From Malacoraja senta (Eukaryota), in NCBI GenBank assembly GCA_038087875.1, contig JAXLNO010000511.1:124001-188000 (forward strand): a DNA stretch of 64,000 nucleotides, in the 5' to 3' direction. The position numbers and the translations under genes are program-made. Positions 1 to 10,400 of this stretch are shown piece after piece. Numbering within the stretch: position 1 is the first letter of the stretch; each line of letters opens with the position of its first letter. The notes under the pieces are model-generated. The model did not search any database. It saw only the letters and a list, made by a program, of their open reading frames with translations, and was not told the origin of the DNA.

Positions 1-2147
1 AATTCAGAAACAATGGTTCTGAACTTAAAGAAAGGTAACTTTGAGGGTATGAGACGTGAATTGGCCAAGATTGACTGGCAATTAATTCTAAAAGGGTTGA
101 CGGTGGACATGCAATGGAAGACATTTAAAGACTGCATGGATGAACTACAAAAATTATTCATCCCAGTTTGGCAAAAGAATAAATCGGGGAAGGTAGTGCA
201 TCCGTGGATAACAAGGGAAATCAGGGATGGTATCAAAGCGAAGGATGATGCGTACAAATTAGCCAGAAAAAGCAGCATACCGGAGGACTGGGAGAAATTC
301 AGAGACCAGCAGAGGAGGACAAAGGGCGTAATTAGGAAAGGAAAAATAGATTATGAAAGAAAACTGGCAGGGAACATAAAAACTGACTGCAAAAGTTTTT
401 ATAGATATGTAAAAAGAAAGAGATTAGTTAAAACAAATGTAGGTCCCTTGCAGTCAGAAACAGGTGAGTTGATCATGGGGAACAAGGATATGGCGGACCA
501 ATTGAATAACTACTTTGGTTCCGTCTTCACTAAGGAAGACATAAATAATCTGCCGGAAATAGCAGGGGACCGCGGGTCAAAGGAGTTGGAGGAATTGAGT
601 GAAATCCAGGTTAGTCGGGAAGTGGTTTTGGGTAAATTGAATGGATTAAAGGCCGATAAATCCCCAGGGCCAGATAGGCTGCATCCCAGAGTACTTAAGG
701 AAGTAGCTCCAGAAATAGTGGATGCATTAGTAATAATCTTTCAAAACTCTTTAGATTCTGGAGTAGTTCCTGAGGATTGGCGGGTAGCAAACGTAACCCC
801 ACTTTTTAAGAAGGGAGGGAGAGAGAAAACGGGGAATTACAGACAAGTTAGTCTAACATCGGTAGTGGGGAAACTGCTAGAGTCAGTTATTAAAGATGGG
901 ATAGCAGCACATTTGGAAAGTGGTGAAATCATTGGACAAAGTCAGCATGGATTTACGAAAGGTAAATCATGTCTGACGAATCTTATAGAATTTTTCGAGG
1001 ATGTAACTAGTAGCGTGGATAGGGGAGAACCAGTGGATGTGGTGTATCTGGACGTCCAGAAGGCTTTCGACAAGGTCCCACATAAGAGATTAGTATACAA
1101 ACTTAAAGCACATGGCATTGGGGGTTCAGTATTGATGTGGAGAGAGAACTGGCTGGCAAACAGGAAGCAAAGAGTAGGAGTAAACGGGTCCTTTTCACAA
1201 TGGCAGGCAGTGACTAGTGGGGTACCGCAAGGCTCAGTGCTGGGACCCCAGCTATTTACAATATATATTAATGACCTGGATGAGGGAATTGAAGGCAATA
1301 TCTCCAAGTTTGCGGATGACACTAAGCTGGGGGCAGTGTTAACTGTGAGGAGGATGCTAGGAGACTGCAAGGTGACTTGGATAGGCTGGGTGAGTGGGAA
1401 AATGTTTGGCAGATGCAGTATAATGTGGATAAATGTGAGGTTATCCATTTTGGTGGCAAAAACAGGAAAGCAGACTATTATCTAAATGGTGGCCGACTAG
1501 GAAAAGGGGAGATGCAGCGAGACCTGGGTGTCATGGTACACCAGTCATTGAAAGTAGGCATGCAGGTGCAGCAGGCAGTGAAGAAAGCGAATGGTATGTT
1601 AGCTTTCATAGCAAAAGGCTTTGAGTATAGGAGCAGGGAGGTTCTACTGCAGTTGTACAGGGTCTTGGTGAGACCACACCTGGAGTATTGCGTACAGTTT
1701 TGGTCTCCAAATCTGAGGAAGGACATTATTGCCATAGAGGGAGTGCAGAGAAGGTTCACCAGACTGATTCCTGGGATGTCAGGACTGTCTTATGAAGAAA
1801 GACTGGATAGACTTGGTTTATACTCTCTAGAAATTAGGAGATTGAGAGGGGATCTTATAGAAACTTACAAAATTCTTAAGGGGTTGGACAGGCTAGATGC
1901 AGGAAGATTGCTCCCGATGTTGGGGAAGTCCTGGACAAGGGGTCACAGCTTAAGGATAAATGGGAAATCCTTTAAAACCGAGATGAGAAGAACTTTGTTC
2001 ACACAGAGAGTGGTGAATCTCTGGAACTCTCTGCCACAGAGGGTAGTCGAGGCCAGTTCATTGGCTATATTTAAGAGGGAGTTAGATGTGGCCCTTGTGG
2101 CTAAAGGGATCAGAGGGTATGGAGAGAAGGCAGGTACGGGATACTGA
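1..2147 (+). pseudogene. CR1 ORF2 reverse transcriptase (partial) with a single 1-nt deletion frameshift
   Basis: ORFs 13..1485 and 1377..2147 join into one RT ORF2 if one G is added to the G5 run at 1329-1333 (restoring KLGGSV). The frame is open from position 1 and ends at TGA 2145-2147. Confidence 0.9.
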
Positions 2148-2207
2148 GTTGGATGATCAGCCATGATCATATTGAATGGCGGTGCAGGCTCGAAGGTCCG
2201 AATGGCC
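1..2207 (+). mobile_element. CR1-clade LINE (HER1-like, elasmobranch type); 5' part runs off the window, extreme 3' tail missing
   Basis: RT-type ORF2 ([48 protein letters not shown] at 1309-1320, RPHLEYCVQFWSP). 3' UTR GATCAGCCATGATC..GAATGGCGGTGCAGGCTCGAAGG.CCGAATGGCC is the CR1/HER1-type 3' end and matches the second copy at 60551-61292. Confidence 0.95.
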
Positions 2208-2709
2208 AAGGTTTAAACCTTCAACCATAGAGAAATCATTTATACAATGGGAAAGAATGGGAATCAAAACGCTCGAAGATCTGTATGAATTGGGAAAATT
2301 ACTATCATTTCAACAACTACAACTGAAATATAATTTGAAAAATAACCAATATTTTAAATATCTACAAATTCGTGATTACCTGAAAAAATACACAAAAGAC
2401 TATCATAATATGCCTTCCGACTTACTAGATGAAGCAATGAAGACAAAGGCGGAATCAGCTAATCTAATATCGTACTTATACAATATCATTTTAAACATAG
2501 AAATACCCACAACAGATGGAATTAGAAGAGACTGGGAACAAGAATTAGCTATAAAAATTTCAAAAGAGAGCGGGGATAACCATTTACTACAGGTGCATAA
2601 ATGTTCGATCAACGTACGACATACGCTCATCCAATTCAAAACATTACATAGACTATATTATTCAAAAACTAAATTAAATAAAATCTTTCCTAATGTTTCA
2701 CCAATCTGC
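2208..2709 (+). mobile_element. L1-clade LINE ORF2 C-terminal fragment (post-RT region up to the first Cys of the zinc knuckle)
   Basis: Translation W..MGIKTLEDLY..SFQQLQLKYNL..YFKYLQIRDY..WEQEL..QFKTLHRLYYSKTKLNKIFPNVSPIC resembles the fish-type L1 ORF2 C-terminus. The strand is A-rich and the fragment is truncated at both ends. Confidence 0.85.
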
Positions 2710-3501
2710 AGTATCTCGAAATTTCACTATAATATGTCGTGGATAAGCTTTTCCCGCATCAAATCTTTTTCCAAATCTTGGGACACGATGAGCCACTTCG
2801 ATTTTCGGTTCCTTGGGAAGATTCAACAGTTGTTTCAACAAGCCCATGGCAAATTCACGTACCTGTTCCCCTTCTGCCCCCTCTGAAACACCAAGAATTC
2901 TCAAATTCTGGCGTCTAGAACGAGCTTCCAGGTCCAGGCATTTGAATGAGACTTTCTCTAATTGAGTCCCCATTTGTAGTGATGCTTGTTCGTTTTCTCG
3001 CCTCATTTGCTCATGTTCTTGCCTCAATTTCGCCATGTCTTCAACCAGTCGAGCCGTATTTTTCTCCAATTCCGTAATTGTCTGCATACTTGCAGCTACT
3101 GTTTCAAGTACAGCCGTGAACTTATCCGTAGTAATTACATCCATCTTATCCATTTTCTCTGATAGTCCATCTTTCACCTCATCAATTCGTTTATTCATAA
3201 TGTCCAGTAAATCCGTCATATTCTTCTGGTTACCAGCATTTAAATCCTTCATCATCTTCTCCATTCCTTCCATCATTTTTACCGAATTTTCCTTCATTTC
3301 CTTCTTATCTTCCACCCTATTACCCGAGATCTCATCTTTCAAATTTTTCATTGATTTCTTCAAGTCATCAAAGTCTTTCTTAGATCTTGTATCCATTTCT
3401 GCAGCCACTTCAGAGACTTCAGAGGTAACTTCTGTTTCGAACTTTTTCAACAGCTTATTCACAGCTCTCTGAGGCCTCACAGCTGGAGTCAATTTACTCA
3501 T
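2709..3501 (-). CDS. L1 ORF1p (coiled coil plus RRM), C-terminally truncated
   Basis: Uninterrupted ORF with a long heptad/coiled-coil region followed by DLEARSRRQNLRILGVSEGAEG, IEVAHRV and PRHIIVKF, the hallmark L1 ORF1 RRM motifs. Confidence 0.9.
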
Positions 3502-3694
3502 TTAAAGGGCTTCAAACCACCGTTTAAAACATCGCGTTTAACGATGACGTCATCAGCGCGGTAACCAGAAGCTCCGGTAAGGTTTTTAAAAACAATCCCG
3601 ATTTTCGGACCCGTTTTACACGATAAATCGTGAAGTTTTTCGGGAGAGGAGCTGGGTGCACGTCTGTTAGTCTAACATGACGCCACCGGAAGTC
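2709..3694 (-). mobile_element. L1 5' portion (5' UTR plus most of ORF1), 3'-truncated
   Basis: The minus strand begins GACTTCCGGTGGCGTCATG at 3694, a typical fish-L1 5' terminus, followed by a ~190-bp CpG-containing UTR and then ORF1. Confidence 0.85.
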
Positions 3695-4944
3695 GTTTTT
3701 GCATGCTGAATTTTCGTCACGTTTCGCATGCTGAATTTTTGTAGCTTTTCGCATGCTGAAATTTCGTCGCATTTCATGTGCTGAATTTTCGTGGCTTTTC
3801 GCTTCCTGAAGGTTCGTCACTTTTCACGTGCTGAAAATTAGTCGTTTTATGTGTCCTGATGTTTCGTGGCTTTTCGCGTCCGGAAGTTACGTCGCTTTTC
3901 ATGTGCTGAATTTTCGTCGCTTTACGAGTGCTGAATTTTTGTCGCTTTTCACATGCTTCATTTTCGTCGCTTTTCCCGTGCTTCATTTTCAGCACTTTTC
4001 GCGTCCTGAAGATCCATCGGTTTTCGAATGCAGAATTTTTGTCGATTTTCACTTGCTGAATTTTCGTCACTTTTCGCGTGCTGAATTTTTGTCACTTTTC
4101 ATGTTCTGAAATGTCGTCTCTTTTCGCGTGCTGAATTTTCGTCGCTTTTCGTGTGCTGAATTTTTGTTGCTTTTCGCAGGCTGAATTTTCGTTGCTTTTC
4201 ATGTGCTGAAATTTTGTCGCCTTTCACGTCCTGAAATTTCATCTCTTGATGCGTCCTGATGTTTCATCACTTTTCGCATCCTGAATTTACGCCGCTTTTC
4301 GTGTGCTGAATTTTCATCGCCTTTCGCGTGCTTTATTTCGTCGATTTTCGCGTCCTGAAGGTTCGCAGTTTTTTCGCATGCTGAAATTTCGTCGCTTTTT
4401 TCATGTCGATTTGTCGTTGCTTTTCGCATGATGAATTTCCGTCACTTTTCATGTTCTTAAATTTCGTCACTTTTCACGTGCTGAACTTTTGTCGTTTTTC
4501 ACGTCCTCGAGGTTCGTTACTTTTTTCATGCAGAATTTTCGTTGTTTTCACGTGCTGAATTTTCGTTGCTTTTTGGGTGCTGAATTTTCGTCGCTTTTTA
4601 CGTCCTGGTTTGTCGCTTTTCGCCTGCTGAATTTTTGTCGCTTTTCGCGTGCTCAACTTTTGTAGCTTTTCGCATGGTGAATTTTTGTACAATTCCAACT
4701 GCTTGATTTTCGTCACATTTCACGTGCTTCATTTTCATCGCTTTTTGCAGGCGGAATATTCGTTGCTTTTCACGTGCTGAATTTTCATCGCTTTTCTTGT
4801 CCTGAAGGTTCATCGCTTCTCACGTGCTGAATTTTCATCGCTTTTCATGTCCTGAATTTTCGTCGCCTTTCGCGTGCTTCATTTTCATCGCCTTTAGCCT
4901 GCTTCATTTTCATCACTTTTCATGTACTGAAGGTTCATCGCTTT

Positions 4945-7900
4945 TGGCATGCTGAATTTTCGTCGCTTTTCCAGTGCTTCATTTTCATCGCTTTTCGCGT
5001 CCAGAATGTTCGTCCCTTTTCGCATGCTGAATTTTCGTCGATTTTCGCATGCTGAATTTTCGTCACTTTTCGTGTGCTGAATTTTCGTCGCTTTTCACGT
5101 TCTGAAATTCCGTCACCTTTCGCGTGCTGAATTTTCGTCGCTTTTCGCAGGCAGAATTTTTGTTGCTTTTTTACGTGTTTCATTTTCATCACTTTACACG
5201 TCCTGAATGTTCGTCACTTTTCACGTGCTGAATTTTAGTCGCTTTTCGCAGGCTGAGCTTTCATCGTTTTTCACGTGCTGTATTTTCATCACTTTTAGCA
5301 TGCTAAATATGCGTCGCTTTTCGCATGCTGAATTTTTGTCGCCTTTTTCAAGCTGAATTTTAATCGCTTTTCGCGTGCTTCATTTTCATTACTTTTCGTG
5401 TCCTGAAGGTTCGTCGCTTTTCGCATGGTGAAGTTTCGTCGCTTTTCACGTCCTGAATTTACGTCGCTTTTCATGCGCTGAAATTATGTTGCTTTGCAAG
5501 TGCTGAAATTTTCGTCGCTTTTTTGTTGCTTTTCCCGTTGCCTTTTGCGTGCTGAATTTTCATCGCTTTTTGCATGCTGTGCTTTAGTAGATTTTTGCCT
5601 GCTGAATTTTCATCACATTTTGCGTGATGAAATTTCATCGCTTTTCACGTTCTGAAATTCTGGCACTTTTCACGTGCTGAATTTTCGTCGCTTTTCGCAT
5701 CCTGAAGATTCGTCGCATTTCGCCTGCTGAATTTTCCTCACTTTTCGCGTTCTGAATTTTTATCACTTTTCACAGGCTGAGTTTTCGTCGCATTTCACAT
5801 ACTGTATTTTTGTCACTTTTTGTATGCTGAATTTTCATCGCCTTTCGCATGCTTCATTTTCATCGCCTTTCGCGTGCATCATTTTTTTTTATCACTTTTT
5901 GCACCCTGAAGGTTCGTCGCTTTTCGCATGCTGAAGTTTCGTCACTTTTCGCGTGCTGAATTTTGTCACTTTTCATGTTCTGAAATGACATCTCTTTTCA
6001 CGTGCTGAAATTCCTCGCTTTTCGCGTGCTGAATTTTCATCGCTTTTCGCAGGCTGAATTTTCATCACTTTTCAATGTGCTGAAATTTTGTCACTTTTCT
6101 CGTGCTGAGATTTTCGTCGCTTTGTGCTCTTATGTTTTGTTGCTTTTCGCTTGCTGGATTTACGTTGCTTTCCGTGTGCTCAATTTTCATCACTTTTCCA
6201 GTGCTGAACATTTGTCACTTTTCGCATGCTGAATTTTCGTCGCTTTTCGCACGCTGAATTTTCGTCGCTTTTCACGTTCCCAAATTTCATCACTTTTCTC
6301 GTGCTGAATTTTCGTCGCTTTTCATGTCCCGAAGGTTCGTCGCTTTTAGTGTCTTGATATTTCATCGCTTTTCGCATCCTGAAATTACGTCACTTTTCGT
6401 GTGCTGAATTTTCATCGCCTTTCGCGTGCCTCGTTTTCATTGCTTTTTGTGTCCTGAATGGTAGTCGCTTTTCGCATGCTGAATTTTCGTCGCTTTTCGC
6501 GTGCTGAATTTTCGTCGCTTTTCGCGTGCTGAATTTTCGTCGCTTTTCGCGTGCTGAATTTTAGTCGCTTTTCACGTCCTCAAGGTTCATTGCTTTTCTC
6601 ATGCAGAATTTTCATTGCTTTTCAGGTGCTGAATTTTCGTCGCTTTTTGTGTGCTGAATTTTCGTCACTTTCAACGTTCTGAAATTTCATCATTTTCGCG
6701 TGCTGAATTTTCATCGCTTTTCACGTCCTGAAGGTTTGTCGCTTTTCGTCTGCTGAATTTTTGTTGCTTTTCACGTGCTCAAATTTTGTAACTTTTCGCA
6801 TGCTGGATTTTACTACAATTCCACGTGCTTCATTTTCCACACATTCCACGTGCTTCATTTTCGTCGCTTTTTGCAGGCGGAATTTTCGTCGCTTTTCACG
6901 TGTTGAATTTTCATCGCTTTTCTTGTCCTGAAGGTTCGTCGCTTTTTGCATGCTGAATTTTCATCGCTTTTCGCATGCTGAATTTTTGTAGCTTTTCACA
7001 TGCTGAAATTTCGTCGCATTTCGTGTGCTGAATTTTTGTAGCTTTTCGCTTCCTGAATGTTCGTCACTTTTCACGTGCTGGAAATTAGTTGCTTTATGCG
7101 TCCTGATGTTTCGTCGCTTTTCGTGTCCTGAATTTACATGGCTTTTCATGTGCTGAATTTTCATCGCTTTATGTGTGCTGAATTGTTGTCGCTTTTTGCA
7201 TGCTGAATTTTCGTCGCTTTTCCCGTGCTTCATTTTCATCACTTTTCGAATCCTGAAGATTCGTCGCTTTTCGCATTCTGAATTTTTGTCGATTTTCATT
7301 TGCTGAATTTTCGTCACTTTTCGCGTGCTGAATTTTTGTCGATTTTCGCATGCGGAAATGTCGTCTCTTTTCGCGTGCTGAATTTTCGTCGCTTTTCACA
7401 TGGTGAATTTTTGTCGCTTTTCGCCGGCTGCATTTCCGTTGCTTTTCATGTTTTGTAGATTTTCGCATGCTGAATTTTCGTCACATTTCACGTGCTGAAT
7501 TTTCTTGGCTTTTCACGTTCTGAAATTTTGTCACTTTTCGCGTGCTGAATTTTTGTCGCTTTTCGCATCGTGAATTCATCGCATTTCGCCTGCTGAATTT
7601 TCCTTACTTTTCGCGTGCTGAATTTTTGTCGCTTTTCGCAGGCTGAGGTTTTGTCACTTATTACGTGCTGTATTTTTGACACTTTTTGCATGCTGAATTT
7701 TCGTCGCTTTTCCAGTGCTTCATTTTCATCGCTTTTCGCGTCCAGAATGTTCGTCCCTTTTCGCATGCTGAATTTTCGTCGATTTTCGCATGCTGAATTT
7801 TCGTCACTTTTCGTGTGCTGAATTTTCGTCGCTTTTCACGTTCTGAAATTCCGTCACTTTTCGCGTGCTGAATTTTCGTCGCTTTTCGCAGGCAGAATTT

Positions 7901-10400
7901 TTGTTGCTTTTTTACGTGTTTCATTTTCATCACTTTACACGTCCTGAATGTTCGTCACTTTTCACGTGCTGAATTTTAGTCGCTTTTCGCAGGCTGAGCT
8001 TTCATCGTTTTTCACGTGCTGTATTTTCATCACTTTTAGCATGCTAAATATGCGTCGCTTTTCGCATGCTGAATTTTTGTCGCCTTTTTCAAGCTGAATT
8101 TTAATCGCTTTTCGCGTGCTTCATTTTCATTACTTTTCGTGTCCTGAAGGTTCGTCGCTTTTCGCATGGTGAAGTTTCGTCGCTTTTCACGTCCTGAATT
8201 TACGTCGCTTTTCATGCGCTGAAATTATGTTGCTTTGCAAGTGCTGAAATTTTCGTCGCTTTTTTGTTGCTTTTCCCGTTGCCTTTTGCGTGCTGAATTT
8301 TCATCGCTTTTTGCATGCTGAATTTTCATCACATTTTGCGTGATGAAATTTCATCGCTTTTCACGTTCTGAAATTCTGGCACTTTTCACGTGCTGAATTT
8401 TCGTCGCTTTTCGCATCCTGAAGATTCGTCGCATTTCGCCTGCTGAATTTTCCTCACTTTTCGCGTTCTGAATTTTTATCACTTTTCACAGGCTGAGTTT
8501 TCGTCGCATTTCACATACTGTATTTTTGTCACTTTTTGTATGCTGAATTTTCATCGCCTTTCGCATGCTTCATTTTCATCGCCTTTCGCGTGCATCATTT
8601 TTTTAATCACTTTTTGCACCCTGAAGGTTCGTCGCTTTTCGCATGCTGAAGTTTCGTCACTTTTCGCGTGCTGAATTTTGTCACTTTTCATGTTCTGAAA
8701 TGACATCTCTTTTCACGTGCTGAAATTCCTCGCTTTTCGCGTGCTGAATTTTCATCGCTTTTCGCAGGCTGAATTTTCATCACTTTTCAATGTGCTGAAA
8801 TTTTGTCGCTTTTCTCGTGCTGAGATTTTCGTCGCTTTGTGCTCTTATGTTTTGTTGCTTTTCGCTTGCTGGATTTACGTTGCTTTCCGTGTGCTCAATT
8901 TTCATCACTTTTCCAGTGCTGAACATTTGTCACTTTTCGCATGCTGAATTTTCGTCGCTTTTCGCACGCTGAATTTTCGTCGCTTTTCACGTTCCCAAAT
9001 TTCATCACTTTTCTCGTGCTGAATTTTCGTTGCTTTTCATGTCCCGAAGGTTCGTCGCTTTTCGTGTCTTGATATTTCATCGCTTTTCGCATCCTGAAAT
9101 TACGTCACTTTTCGTGTGCTGAATTTTCATCGCCTTTCGCGTGCCTCGTTTTCATTGCTTTTTGTGTCCTGAATGGTAGTCGCTTTTCGCATGCTGAATT
9201 TTCGTCGCTTTTCGCGTGCTGAATTTTCGTCGCTTTTCGCGTGCTGAATTTTCGTCGCTTTTCGCGTGCTGAATTTTAGTCGCTTTTCACGTCCTCAAGG
9301 TTCATTGCTTTTCTCATGCAGAATTTTCATTGCTTTTCAGGTGCTGAATTTTCGTCGCTTTTTGTGTGCTGAATTTTCGTCACTTTCAACGTTCTGAAAT
9401 TTCATCATTTTCGCGTGCTGAATTTTCGTCGCTTTTCACGTCCTGAAGGTTTGTCGCTTTTCGTCTGCTGAATTTTTGTTGCTTTTCACGTGCTCAAATT
9501 TTGTAACTTTTCGCATGCTGGATTTTACTACAATTCCACGTGCTTCATTTTCCACACATTCCACGTGCTTCATTTTCGTCGCTTTTTGCAGGCGGAATTT
9601 TCGTCGCTTTTCACGTGTTGAATTTTCAGCGCTTTTCTTGTCCTGAAGGTTCGTCGCTTTTTGCATGCTGAATTTTCATCGCTTTTCGCATGCTGAATTT
9701 TTGTAGCTTTTCACATGCTGAAATTTCGTCGCATTTCGTGTGCTGAATTTTTGTAGCTTTTCGCTTCCTGAATGTTCGTCACTTTTCACGTGCTGGAAAT
9801 TAGTTGCTTTATGCGTCCTGATGTTTCGTCGCTTTTCGTGTCCTGAATTTACATGGCTTTTCATGTGCTGAATTTTCATCGCTTTATGTGTGCTGAATTG
9901 TTGTCGCTTTTTGCATGCTGAATATTCGTCGCTTTTCCCGTGCTTCATTTTCATCACTTTTCGCATCCTGAAGATTCGTCGCTTTTCGCATTCTGAATTT
10001 TTGTCGATTTTCATTTGCTGAATTTTCGTCACTTTTCGCGTGCTGAATTTTTGTCGATTTTCGCATGCGGAAATGTCGTCTCTTTTCGCGTGCTGAATTT
10101 TCGTCGCTTTTCACATGGTGAATTTTTGTCGCTTTTCGCCGGCTGCATTTCCGTTGCTTTTCATGTTTTGTAGATTTTCGCATGCTGAATTTTCGTCACA
10201 TTTCACGTGCTGAATTTTCTTGGCTTTTCACGTTCTGAAATTTTGTCACTTTTCGCGTGCTGAATTTTTGTCGCTTTTCGCAGGCTGAGGTTTTGTCACT
10301 TATTACGTGCTGTATTTTTGACACTTTTTGCATGCTGAATTTTCATCGCCTTTCGCGTGCTTCATTTTCATCGCCTTTTGCGTGCTTCATTTTTTATAAA
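4945..10400. repeat. ~2.72-kb tandem duplication within the satellite
   Basis: Near-identical ORF-track pairs are offset by 2715 (6002/8717, 6721/9436, 6961/9676) and 2726 (4935/7661). The marker TACTACAATTCC occurs at 6811 and 9526. Confidence 0.85.

Noticed and set aside
942..3472. Antisense ORFs 942..1448, 1478..1759, 1943..2209, 2403..2639, 3035..3472
   Set aside because: Shadow ORFs opposite LINE coding sequence, with no independent motifs.
2208..3694. L1 twin-priming inversion
   Set aside because: The pieces are joined tail-to-tail, the 5' end is intact, and there is no poly(A) 3' end; twin priming gives the opposite geometry.
6481..6560. CENP-B box
   Set aside because: Only the TTCG core is shared; the downstream A..CGGG positions are absent from the consensus.
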